A DNA stretch of 32,000 nucleotides, from NCBI RefSeq assembly GCF_001644705.1, contig NZ_CP015137.1:4320001-4352000 (forward strand), in the 5' to 3' direction. Shown piece after piece: positions 20,269 to 32,000 of this stretch. The DNA comes from Dickeya solani IPO 2222. GTDB taxonomy: Bacteria; Pseudomonadota; Gammaproteobacteria; Enterobacterales; Enterobacteriaceae. The notes below the pieces were generated by a model. That model was not told the origin of the DNA. It worked only from the letters and a program-made list of their open reading frames with translations, and did not search any database. How positions within the stretch are numbered: position 1 is the stretch's first letter; every line of letters begins with the position of its first letter. The position numbers and the translations under genes were made by a program.

Positions 20269-22164
20269 ATGACGCACGCATGCAACCATTCTGACAGTAT
20301 TACCTGTTCCTGCTGTAGCCCATTATGGAAGTCTTTCATCCCGAATATTACTATCAACATATCCAATGATATCAATAAGGTAAATACGGAAACACTTATC
20401 TTCCGTATTGCAACGGATGCTAATGGCCCCTCAGGGGGAACCATTCTGACGCTGGAGAATGGTCAGAACGTGTCTGTCGAGGCGATGGGTATTCAGGACG
20501 GTGTGATTGTCGCTACCGGGTCATATGATTATGTCAAAACGCAGATGCCACCCGGTACGCAGGAGCGTGTACTGTCTGGCAGCCAGACCCTCATTCCCGG
20601 CTTGATTGAACCCCACGTGCACATTATCCCTACTGCGGTTCTGGATCTGGCAACGGACGTTAGCCCATTTACTGGTCAGAATTTGCGATCTCAGGTAGCG
20701 CAGACGCCGGAAGATCAATACACCAGGCAATGGGTGACGTCACAGCTGAAGATTGTTATGGAAAAAGGCCCGTATATGGGGGGATGGGTGGTTGGTCATA
20801 ATGTCGATCCCTCCCTTTTCCTTGGTGATGAAAAGGCGTTCAATGCCACTATTCTCGATCAGGAAATAGGGACGGATAAGCCGGTTTTTATCATGAATGC
20901 GTCGATGCATCTTGCCTATATTAACAACCATGCAATCACGGTCGTGCAGCAATACTATAAAGATAAAGGCCAACCGATCACTATCAACCCGGATGGTATT
21001 CTGGCCGAAATAAACGATATTGCCCCCGTTATTACTGTTATTACCAACAGCCAGAACCCGTTAACTTTCCCTTTTCAGTTGAATCGATCCATTGACGATA
21101 TATTTGTGCAAGCCAGTAAGCGGGGCGTGACCTATTTATTTGATGCGGGGATTGAGCCGTGGGATGGTAAGTCCCTGCTCAACCAGTCGTTATTGTTGAA
21201 GCTAAAAGCGCGTGCCAGCCGTTGTCGCGTCAGAATTGGCGGCGCGCTGGTCGTGACCAGTCCTGATGATTTTAAAAATAAGATCAATAATCGATACCTC
21301 CCAAACACCGGTGATAGTCGTTTTAACCTGCCGTACATTAAGGTGGTTTCCGACGGTTCGAATCAGGGGTTGACGGGATATCAACTACAGCCTTATTGCT
21401 GCGATAGTAACTATGAAAAAACAGCATCAGAGCAGAATATCGGCTTATTCAATTTTGATTACCCGACGGCATTTAATTCTCTGGTGAGTCAAGCGGTTCA
21501 ATACCATTGGCCGTTGATGATCCATGCCAATGGCGGGCAGGCTATCGATCGTACCCTGCTGGCTTTCAAGCAGGCGGGGGTGACGCTGAGCACGTATAAC
21601 GAGCGGCGAGACCGCATGGAACATGCCTCCCTGCTTTCCGATCAGAATCTTGAGGATATGAAAGCGCTGGGTATTTCCCCCAGCTTTTTAATCGGTCATG
21701 TGGGGTATTGGGGATGGGTATTTCAGCAAACGATTCTTGGTGAACAACGCGCCGCTTTGCTTGACCGGTGTCAGTCCGCGTTAAAGCAAGACATGAAAAT
21801 TACCCTGCATAGTGACAACAGCGTGACCCCGCTGGGGCCTTTACGCATGATGGAGCAGGCGATTTCTCGTGTGATGGAGGGCGCACCGGCTAATTGTGAC
21901 TCGCCCGTGCTGAATGAGCAGGAATCCATTTCCCGGTTCGAAGCACTAAAAGCCATGACCTATGATGCCGCCTGGCAATGTCATGCTGAGCAATGGGTAG
22001 GGTCACTGACTGCCGGGAAATGTGCTGATTTTGTTATTCTGGCCGAATCCCCCATCACTTATCATGGCGCCGATAAAAATAACCCTGTGGCGGGTATGCG
22101 GGATATTCCCGTTCTGGAAACCTGGAAAGGCGGCTGGCAGACGTATCAACCATCAGCCCAATAA
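20269..22164 (+). CDS. metal-dependent amidohydrolase, YtcJ/AepA-like (Amidohydro_3-type), with an atypical Cys/His-rich N-terminal extension
   Basis: 631 aa. Amidohydrolase-superfamily landmarks include LIPGLIEPHVHI (HxH at residues 116-118, nt 20614-20622), KVVSDGS, LMIHANGGQAID, RMEHASLL, ITLHSDNSV and C-terminal GKCADFVIL. AAGGAA lies 5 nt upstream of the ATG at 20269; the track ORF starts at a TTG at 20230. Codon usage is visibly A/T-rich compared with flanking genes. Confidence 0.8.
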   Translation: MTHACNHSDSITCSCCSPLWKSFIPNITINISNDINKVNTETLIFRIATDANGPSGGTILTLENGQNVSVEAMGIQDGVIVATGSYDYVKTQMPPGTQERVLSGSQTLIPGLIEPHVHIIPTAVLDLATDVSPFTGQNLRSQVAQTPEDQYTRQWVTSQLKIVMEKGPYMGGWVVGHNVDPSLFLGDEKAFNATILDQEIGTDKPVFIMNASMHLAYINNHAITVVQQYYKDKGQPITINPDGILAEINDIAPVITVITNSQNPLTFPFQLNRSIDDIFVQASKRGVTYLFDAGIEPWDGKSLLNQSLLLKLKARASRCRVRIGGALVVTSPDDFKNKINNRYLPNTGDSRFNLPYIKVVSDGSNQGLTGYQLQPYCCDSNYEKTASEQNIGLFNFDYPTAFNSLVSQAVQYHWPLMIHANGGQAIDRTLLAFKQAGVTLSTYNERRDRMEHASLLSDQNLEDMKALGISPSFLIGHVGYWGWVFQQTILGEQRAALLDRCQSALKQDMKITLHSDNSVTPLGPLRMMEQAISRVMEGAPANCDSPVLNEQESISRFEALKAMTYDAAWQCHAEQWVGSLTAGKCADFVILAESPITYHGADKNNPVAGMRDIPVLETWKGGWQTYQPSAQ

Positions 22165-22184
22165 TTCCAGAACCTTGCTGTACA

Positions 22185-22213
22185 TTCAGCTACAGGTCAC
22201 TCCTGTAGCTGAA
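22185..22213. terminator. hairpin between the convergent amidohydrolase and secreted-protein genes
   Basis: Perfect 12-bp stem: TTCAGCTACAGG (22185-22196) pairs with CCTGTAGCTGAA (22202-22213) around a 5-nt loop. Neither strand has a U-tract. Confidence 0.5.
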
Positions 22214-22306
22214 CAAGTCATCATTGATGTTGTTTACGATCCGATGATAAATATCGCCACGCGTCTCCGGCAGTGAACTGGCGCGAGCCAGAGCGGGAAG
22301 CGTGAA

Positions 22307-22963
22307 TTATTTCACCAACAGCACGTAGGCGATAACCGGTTTGACGCTGTTCTGCTGTAGAAAACCATTGAATACCGCGCCTAACCCCTGGGTGCGATAT
22401 TCCTTGTCGCATTCGCCGCTGGCAACCGCTGCTTTACCTTTTTCACCCAAAATAAAGCTACCGCCGCCTTCCTGTTTGATGGGGCAATGGTGCCGGGTGA
22501 CGAAATCCTCATAAAGCCATCCTTCTTTCGGCGTACTAAATTGAATCAGAATCCCTGGCTTTTCTTTGGATAACGATTTTTGGGTATAACGATACTCCAG
22601 CGTCAACATGCAACTCGTATATTGCTGCGTGCAGGGTAAGGCGGTGTAGCCGGTGGCATCAAAGGCTTTGTACTCCGTCAGCGGCATGGACTGATACCAG
22701 TATTTCGTGTTGCGGGTCGTGCTGTTCGGCGTGTCCACAGCTGGATTGACCAGCTCCAACACATTGTTCTGCGCGTCTTCCTTCGCCACCAACTCACCGC
22801 TGCGGTAGAGCGCCATAATCCGCGTATTGTCCAGTCCGTTGCGTTTAATCACGTTCTCTACATCGCCGGGAGCCGCCAGCGTGGCGTGAGACACGAATAT
22901 CGCCAGCATTGCCGTCGTCGTCAGACCACCTGCCTGCCGGCAGAATTTGTTTTTGAATGTCAT
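22307..22963 (-). CDS. hypothetical secreted protein; family not recognised
   Basis: 218-aa ORF with a plausible Sec signal peptide (MTFKNKFCRQAGGLTTTAMLAIFVSHATLAA|PGD). The mature part of about 187 aa contains 4 Cys. AAGGG lies upstream of the ATG. I recognise no family. Confidence 0.6.
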   Translation of the reverse strand: MTFKNKFCRQAGGLTTTAMLAIFVSHATLAAPGDVENVIKRNGLDNTRIMALYRSGELVAKEDAQNNVLELVNPAVDTPNSTTRNTKYWYQSMPLTEYKAFDATGYTALPCTQQYTSCMLTLEYRYTQKSLSKEKPGILIQFSTPKEGWLYEDFVTRHHCPIKQEGGGSFILGEKGKAAVASGECDKEYRTQGLGAVFNGFLQQNSVKPVIAYVLLVK

Positions 22964-23140
22964 GGTTTGCCCTTATTGGTAAATGATGTGAACAATGGGT
23001 AGTAGTCGCGGCACAAGATTTGTAGCCATACCCTGTGTCGCGAAGCACCAAAAGCAAGGGCAGGGTAATAAAGGGAGCGAGTCGGCACGCGGCCAAAATA
23101 CGGGGAGATGCAGCCAAAGGCCGCAAAAACATGGTGATGA

Positions 23141-23173
23141 GAAAAAGCCCGCTTTACCGACGATAAAGCGGGC
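23141..23173 (-). terminator. rho-independent terminator of the his operon
   Basis: Minus-strand RNA reads GCCCGCUUUA-UCGUCGG-UAAAGCGGGC followed by UUUUUCU. The stem spans 23147-23173 and lies 8 nt after the hisI stop. Confidence 0.85.
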
Positions 23174-23181
23174 AGGAAGGG

Positions 23182-23789
23182 TTATTTCGTGTGACGCGCT
23201 TTCAAACGCTGAATGATCGTACCCAGATCCAGTTCCTGATCCTGCAGCAGCACCAGCAGGTGATAGACCAGATCGGAGGCTTCATTGGTCAATTCTTCGC
23301 GGTCGTGCACGGTGGCCGCCAGCGCGGTTTCCAGCCCTTCTTCGCCGACCTTTTGGGCGATGCGCTTGGTGCCGCTGGCGTACAACTGTGCGGTATAGGA
23401 ACTGGCCGGATCGGCGTGCTTACGCTCCGCCAGAAGCTGCTCCAGCTGGTACAAAAACTGCCACTGCGTTTGTGCCGGGTGGAAACAGCTGTTGTTGCCC
23501 AGGTGGCAGGTCGGGCCAATCGGGTTGACCAGAATCAGCAGCGTATCGTTGTCACAATCCGGCGTAATCGATACCACGTTGAGGAAGTGGCCGGAGGATT
23601 CGCCTTTGGTCCATAGCCGCTGCTTGGTGCGGGAATAGAACGTGACCTTACCGGTCTCTTCCGTGGCCCGTAACGCGTCCTGATTCATGTAGCCCAGCAT
23701 CAGCACTTCGCCGGAAACCGCATGTTGTACGATAGCGGGCATCATGCCATCGGTTTTTTGCCAGTCGAGCTGGTTTCGTTGTTGTTCGG

Positions 23790-23796
<7 letters not shown>
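23182..23796 (-). CDS. hisI: bifunctional phosphoribosyl-AMP cyclohydrolase / phosphoribosyl-ATP pyrophosphatase
   Basis: 204 aa starting [38 protein letters not shown], colinear with recalled E. coli HisIE. Confidence 0.97.
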
Positions 23797-25291
<1,495 letters not shown>

Positions 25292-25882
25292 TTACATCTC
25301 CAGAAAATTCTTCAGTAGCTGAGCACCTGCCGCGCCGGAGCGTTCCGGATGGAACTGGACGCCATAGAAGTTGTCCTTCTGCACCGCGGCGGTAAAGGCG
25401 TCGCCATAGTGGCACTGGGCGATGGTATTGGCGCAGACCGGCATGGCGTAGCTGTGCACGAAGTAAAAGTACGAACCATCCGGAATATCACGAAACAGAC
25501 GGTGACCGGCCTGCGGCGTCACCTGGTTCCAGCCCATGTGCGGCAACGGCAGGCCGCGGTCTGCCATTTGTACCACCGGCGTATCGATGATGCCCAGGGT
25601 GTCCACGCCGCCATTTTCGTCGCTGCGGCTGCCCAACAATTGCATGCCAAGGCAGATGCCGAGTACCGGTTGGGTACAGGCTTTAACCAGATCGATTAGC
25701 TGGCGTTCGGCCAGTTGATCCATTGCGGCCTGCGCGGTGCCGACGCCCGGCAGAAACAGCTTGTCGGCGTGCAGCACCACCTCCGGTTCGCGGCTAACCA
25801 ACGGGTCATACCCCAGCCGTTTAACCGCGTACATCACCGAAGAGAGGTTGGCGCAACCGGTGTCCAGAATCACCACGTTCAT
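25292..25882 (-). CDS. hisH: imidazole glycerol phosphate synthase glutaminase subunit
   Basis: 196 aa from [16 protein letters not shown], matching recalled E. coli HisH. The ATG at 25882-25880 shares one base with the hisB TGA (TGATG). The track ORF starts one codon earlier at a GTG. Confidence 0.96.
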   Translation of the reverse strand: MNVVILDTGCANLSSVMYAVKRLGYDPLVSREPEVVLHADKLFLPGVGTAQAAMDQLAERQLIDLVKACTQPVLGICLGMQLLGSRSDENGGVDTLGIIDTPVVQMADRGLPLPHMGWNQVTPQAGHRLFRDIPDGSYFYFVHSYAMPVCANTIAQCHYGDAFTAAVQKDNFYGVQFHPERSGAAGAQLLKNFLEM

Positions 25883-26949
25883 CACAGCACTCCTTTGGAG
25901 CTGGGCAGGGTATCACCCTCCACCCGGATGGCCTGACGTAGCGCGCGGCCAAACACCTTGAACAGGCTTTCGACGCGGTGATGGTCGTTGCGGCCTTTGG
26001 TTTTCAGGTGCAGGGTGCAGCCCATGGCGTAGGAGAGGGAACGGAAGAAGTGCTCCACCATTTCGGTACTGAGATCGCCGACACGCTGATAGTTGAACTC
26101 CGCTTTGTATTCCAGATGCGGGCGGCCGGAGATATCGAGCGCGCAGCGCGCCAGACATTCATCCATCGGCAGTACAAAGCCGAAACGGCCGATGCCGCGT
26201 TTGTCGCCCAGCGCGTTGTTCAGCGCTTCGCCCAACGCCAGCCCGGTGTCTTCCACTGTGTGGTGATCGTCGATGTACAGATCGCCTTTGACATCGATAT
26301 TCATGCGGAAACCGCCGTGGGTGGCAATCTGGTCCAGCATGTGGTCGAAGAAGCCGACGCCGGTGTGGATCTTGCTGCCGCCTTCGCGGTCCAGCCAGAC
26401 GTTAACATCAATCGCGGTTTCACGGGTGACGCGGTTGACGTGGGCATGACGGTCACGTTTGGTCAACTGGGTGGTAATCGCCAGCCAGTTAAGACCGTCA
26501 CGCTGGTAGCGCAGGCCAGTGATACCCATGTTTTGCGCCAGTTGGACGTCGGTTTCACGGTCGCCAATTACGTAGCTGTTGGCGCTGTCCATCACGTTGT
26601 CTTTCAGGAACGCATCCACCAGCGCGGTTTTGGGTTTGCGGCAGTCGCAGTTGTCGCCGGGGAAGTGCGGGCAAATCAACACTCGCTCGAAACGCACGCC
26701 CTGCGAGGTGAAAATCTGCATCATCAGGTTGTGCGGCGGATCGAAATCCGCCTGCGGGAAACTGCTGGTACCCAGGCCGTCCTGATTGGTGATCATCACC
26801 AGCTTGAAACCAGCCTTTTGCAGGGAAAGCAGCGACGGAATGACATCCGGCTCCAGCGCCAGCTTGTCCAGCCGGTCGACCTGAAAGTCCTCGGGCGGTT
26901 CGGCAATCAGCGTGCCGTCACGGTCGATGAAAAGATACTTTAATCCCAC
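25882..26949 (-). CDS. hisB: bifunctional histidinol-phosphatase / imidazoleglycerol-phosphate dehydratase
   Basis: 355 aa starting [26 protein letters not shown] and ending [14 protein letters not shown]. Same length as, and colinear with, recalled E. coli HisB. Confidence 0.97.
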   Translation of the reverse strand: MGLKYLFIDRDGTLIAEPPEDFQVDRLDKLALEPDVIPSLLSLQKAGFKLVMITNQDGLGTSSFPQADFDPPHNLMMQIFTSQGVRFERVLICPHFPGDNCDCRKPKTALVDAFLKDNVMDSANSYVIGDRETDVQLAQNMGITGLRYQRDGLNWLAITTQLTKRDRHAHVNRVTRETAIDVNVWLDREGGSKIHTGVGFFDHMLDQIATHGGFRMNIDVKGDLYIDDHHTVEDTGLALGEALNNALGDKRGIGRFGFVLPMDECLARCALDISGRPHLEYKAEFNYQRVGDLSTEMVEHFFRSLSYAMGCTLHLKTKGRNDHHRVESLFKVFGRALRQAIRVEGDTLPSSKGVL

Positions 26950-26963
26950 GGTGATTCCTCAAA

Positions 26964-29341
<2,378 letters not shown>

Positions 29342-29345
29342 GGCG

Positions 29346-30245
29346 TTACTCCATCATCTTCTCAATCGGCAACACCAGAATAGAGCTGGCGCCCAGCACT
29401 TTCAGTTTTTCCATGGTTTCCCAGAACAGGGTTTCGCTGCTGACCATGTGCATGGCGACGCGGTTCTGATCGCCGGCCAGCGGCAGAATGGTGGGTCGCT
29501 CGGCGCCTGGCAACAGCGCAATGATTTCATCCAGACGCTCGCTGGGTGCGTGCAGCATGATGTATTTGGATTCGCGCGCCTGAATCACGCCCTGCATACG
29601 GGTCAACAGCTTGTCGATCAGCTGTTGTTTCTCGGCCGGCATCTCGCCGTCGCGCTGAATCAGGCTGGCTTTGGAGCGGTAAATCACTTCGACTTCTCGC
29701 AGGCCGTTGGCTTCCAGCGTCGCGCCGGTGGAAACCAGATCGCAGATGGCGTCAGCCAGACCGGCGCGCGGCGCCACTTCAACCGAACCATTGAGCAGAC
29801 AGGATTTGAAATTGACGCCTTGCTTATCGAGATACTGTTTGAGCAGGTGCGGGTAGGAGGTGGCGATGCGTTTGTTTTGCAGACATTGCGGGCCGGTGTA
29901 CTCCTCATCAAGCGGCATCGCCAGCGACAGGCGGCAACCGCCGAAATCCAGACGGCGCAGCGTGAAATAGCGCGGGTCTTCGCCCTGTGCGCGACGGTTG
30001 AGCAACTCTTCTTCCAGCACGTTTTCGCCGATGATACCCAAATCCACCACGCCATCCATCACCAGCCCCGGAATATCGTCATCGCGTACGCGCAGAATGT
30101 CGATAGGCATGTTTTCGGCAAACGCGATCAGGCGTTGCTGCTGCAGGTTGATTTTGATGCCGCAACGGGCCAGCAGTTCCCGGGAGTCGTCGCTCAGGCG
30201 GCCTGATTTCTGCATCGCGATACGTAAACGTGTTTTATCCAGCAT
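29346..30245 (-). CDS. hisG: ATP phosphoribosyltransferase
   Basis: 299 aa starting [34 protein letters not shown] and ending [13 protein letters not shown], nearly identical to recalled E. coli HisG. Confidence 0.98.
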   Translation of the reverse strand: MLDKTRLRIAMQKSGRLSDDSRELLARCGIKINLQQQRLIAFAENMPIDILRVRDDDIPGLVMDGVVDLGIIGENVLEEELLNRRAQGEDPRYFTLRRLDFGGCRLSLAMPLDEEYTGPQCLQNKRIATSYPHLLKQYLDKQGVNFKSCLLNGSVEVAPRAGLADAICDLVSTGATLEANGLREVEVIYRSKASLIQRDGEMPAEKQQLIDKLLTRMQGVIQARESKYIMLHAPSERLDEIIALLPGAERPTILPLAGDQNRVAMHMVSSETLFWETMEKLKVLGASSILVLPIEKMME

Positions 30246-30308
30246 GTGAACCTCAATTTATCCTGTCTGTGATGCCTGTTAAGCAGGCTTTTTTAAAAAA
30301 TTCCGGCC

Positions 30309-30344
30309 AAAAAAAAAAGCCCCCGGAATCAATCTTCCGGGGGC
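30309..30344 (-). terminator. his attenuator terminator
   Basis: Minus-strand RNA reads GCCCCCGGAA-GAUUGA-UUCCGGGGGC followed by U10. The stem spans 30319-30344 and the A10 run on the plus strand is at 30309-30318. A further 8-bp stem, CTGGAAGA/TCTTCCAG at 30367-30390, lies between hisL and this terminator, consistent with alternative attenuator pairings. Confidence 0.9.
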
Positions 30345-30408
30345 TTTTCTTACGCGTCTACCGCCACTGGAAGATCTGAATGTCTTCCAGCACCTATCGC
30401 CTGAAAGA

Positions 30409-30456
30409 CTAGTCAGGGTGATGGTGATGATGGTGGTTGAAGTTAACGCGTAACAT
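30409..30456 (-). CDS. hisL: his operon leader peptide
   Basis: The minus strand reads ATG TTA CGC GTT AAC TTC AAC CAC CAT CAT CAC CAT CAC CCT GAC TAG, giving MLRVNFNHHHHHHPD with six consecutive His codons. It sits upstream of the attenuator and hisG. Confidence 0.92.
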   Translation of the reverse strand: MLRVNFNHHHHHHPD

Positions 30457-30503
30457 GAATTCGTCTCTTTGTCGTCAAAGTAGAGTGATGTTGTCTGTTG
30501 GTT

Positions 30504-30533
30504 AACCTAAACCATGTTGATGTGATAGCGCAA
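30504..30533 (-). promoter_or_regulatory. candidate his promoter
   Basis: On the minus strand, TTGCGC (30533-30528), an 18-nt spacer, then TAGGTT (30509-30504). I recall TAGGTT as the -10 hexamer of the enteric his promoter. It lies about 48 nt upstream of the hisL ATG. Confidence 0.5.
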
Positions 30534-30669
30534 CATTTTTTTACCCACCGTGTACAAATCATGTTGTATACAAATCACATTACCGCCAGATGGGCGATAA
30601 GGGTACATAATGAAAAGCGCAGAGTATTCATCCGGGGAACAGAAACACCGGGAGGTCAGGAGAACGACG

Positions 30670-31491
30670 ATGAAAAAGGTAGCGATAATCGGACTTGGCT
30701 GGCTGGGTATGCCGCTGGCGCTGGCGTTGCAGAGCCGGGGGTATCGGGTGGTGGGCAGCAAAAGCACCGATGATGGCGTGATGGCAGCGCGGCTGTCCGG
30801 TGTGGAGTGCTATCGGCTATGCCTGACGCCGGAACTGGAGTGCGAGCCGGACGAACTGGACATACTGCTGAACGTGGACGCGCTGATTGTCACCCTACCG
30901 CCGGGGCGCCTTGAGCGGGAAGGCGGCGCTTATCTGCAGGCGGTGCAGCAGGTGGTCAACAGCGCGCTGGCGCTGGGGGTGCCGCGGATTATGTACACCA
31001 GCTCCATTTCGGTCTACGGACCGCTCGGCGGCCGGGTGAGAGAAAACAGTCCGTTACAGCCGGAAACCGGGACGGGCAGGGTTTTGCTGGCGCTGGAGCA
31101 GTGGCTGCACGCGTTGCCTCATACCGAGGTGGATATTTTGCGGTTGGCCGGACTGGTGGGAAGCCATCGCCATCCGGGGCGTTTTCTCGCCGGGCGGCGC
31201 GATCTGCCGGATGGTAGTCACGGCGTGAATCTGGTCCATTTGGAAGACGTGATCGGCGCTATTACGCTGTTGCTGCAGCGTCCGCATGGCGGGCATCTTT
31301 ACAACCTGTGCGCGCCGGCGCATCCGGCTAAACAGGATTTCTATCCGGCGCAGGCGCGCCAGATGGGGCTGGAGCCGCCACAGTTTCTGCCGGGCGACCC
31401 AGCGCAGGCCAGATTGATTGACGGGCAACGGATCTGCAGCGAACTGGGGTTTGAGTATCAGCACCCGGACCCCATGACGATGGTGTTTTAA
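30670..31491 (+). CDS. yeeZ: NAD(P)-binding epimerase-like protein YeeZ
   Basis: The 273 aa from MKKVAIIGLGWLGMPLALALQSRGYRVVGSKSTDDGV are colinear with recalled E. coli YeeZ (ILRLAGLVG..RHPGRF.AG, HGVNLVHLEDVIGAITLLLQ, ELGFEYQ.PDP). CAGGAG lies upstream of the ATG at 30670. As in E. coli, it is divergent from hisL. Confidence 0.9.
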   Translation: MKKVAIIGLGWLGMPLALALQSRGYRVVGSKSTDDGVMAARLSGVECYRLCLTPELECEPDELDILLNVDALIVTLPPGRLEREGGAYLQAVQQVVNSALALGVPRIMYTSSISVYGPLGGRVRENSPLQPETGTGRVLLALEQWLHALPHTEVDILRLAGLVGSHRHPGRFLAGRRDLPDGSHGVNLVHLEDVIGAITLLLQRPHGGHLYNLCAPAHPAKQDFYPAQARQMGLEPPQFLPGDPAQARLIDGQRICSELGFEYQHPDPMTMVF

Positions 31492-31549
31492 AGCGGGATG
31501 GCGGTTGTTCCCTCATTAACATCCGTCATCTCTGATGTTCGGGTATAGA

Positions 31550-31583
31550 CAAAAAGAAGCGGCCCGCCAGGAGCGGACCGCTT
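31550..31583 (-). terminator. rho-independent terminator of the chemoreceptor gene
   Basis: Minus-strand RNA reads AAGCGGUCCG-CUCCUGG-CGGGCCGCUU followed by CUUUUU. The stem has one mismatch and lies about 55 nt after the stop at 31639. Confidence 0.75.
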
Positions 31584-31638
31584 GTCAGGATAACGCCGGA
31601 ACGATCAAATCAGAGCGTTCACGAACGGTCCAGTGCGA

Positions 31639-32000
31639 TCAAAAGGAAGCCCAGTCATTCTGATGATCTTTGCCGGCCGGTTTAGCTAATGCTTTAGTCT
31701 TACCGGCGGCGGGCAGGGCCTGCAGTGGGCGGCGCGGGTTATTTAGCGGAGCCGGGCGTGGTGACGGCGCCGAGGATTCGGACAGCCGGAACGTAGCAAC
31801 CAGTTTTTCCAGCAGCATCGCCTGTTCTTCCAACGTATTGGCGGCAGAGGATGACTGCGAGACCAGCGCGGCGTTTTGCTGTGTGGTGCTGTCCAGTTCG
31901 GTGATGGCGCGGGAGATCTGTTCGATACCGCGGCTTTGCTCTTCTGAGGCGGAAGAGATTTCGCCCATAATGTCGTTAACGCGGGATACCGAGTTGACGA
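31639..32000 (-). CDS. methyl-accepting chemotaxis protein, 3' part (5' part lies outside the window)
   Basis: The reading frame is open to the window edge. It contains the conserved MCP signalling and methylation-helix sequence IMGEISSASEEQSRGIEQISRAITELDSTTQQNAALVSQSS. A flexible Pro/Ala-rich tail follows, ending in DWASF, a variant of the NWETF-type CheR/CheB tether pentapeptide. Confidence 0.9.
   Translation of the reverse strand, partial: VNSVSRVNDIMGEISSASEEQSRGIEQISRAITELDSTTQQNAALVSQSSSAANTLEEQAMLLEKLVATFRLSESSAPSPRPAPLNNPRRPLQALPAAGKTKALAKPAGKDHQNDWASF

Noticed and set aside
20022-22187. 8-bp direct repeat GTACATTC (20022-20029 and 22180-22187) bracketing the amidohydrolase gene, as a possible target-site duplication
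   Set aside because: An 8-mer shared between two windows of about 150 bp is expected by chance at appreciable frequency (roughly 0.3). There are no terminal inverted repeats or transposase.
22307-22963. Fleeting resemblance of ALYRSGEL and FSTP in the secreted protein to the R and STS motifs of R-S-E ADP-ribosyltransferase toxins
   Set aside because: There is no ExE or QxE motif downstream of FSTP. The matches are short enough to arise by chance, and no fold-level evidence is available without tools.

Overview
The window looks like an enterobacterial chromosome, about 55-57% GC by eye. The gene content resembles Pectobacteriaceae, but I cannot confirm the taxon. Most of it is conserved core genome. 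Gene identities come from my recall of E. coli K-12 proteins, not from a database search. The order is: serS 3' end, an isolated dmsD chaperone gene, then a lineage-specific block (GST, cytoplasmic DsbA-like protein, exported MBL-fold protein with a divergent LysR regulator, ycaD, a second LysR). Next come pflA-pflB-focA, ycaO, serC-aroA and cmk-rpsA-ihfB. A roughly 3.3 kb accessory stretch follows. Its ~2.3 kb left part, the AT-rich spacer plus an amidohydrolase gene, is visibly AT-rich; a convergent orphan secreted-protein gene of near-core GC makes up the rest. The window ends with a complete his operon on the minus strand (hisL leader and attenuator, hisGDCBHAFI), yeeZ, and the 3' part of a methyl-accepting chemotaxis protein gene. 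I found no CRISPR array, tRNA, rRNA, transposase, integrase or recognisable defence, toxin or secretion genes, and no convincing new multi-gene system. The best candidates for follow-up are: (1) the accessory segment between ihfB and the his terminator, including a YtcJ/AepA-type amidohydrolase with an unusual Cys/His/Ser-rich N-terminal extension and an orphan four-cysteine secreted protein; (2) an exported MBL-fold protein whose metal-binding motifs look degenerate; (3) a 557-bp gene-free AT-rich gap next to a LysR gene, with a possible 51-aa membrane peptide; (4) several unexplained small repeats. Many long ORFs in the supplied track are antisense shadows of highly conserved genes and were rejected.
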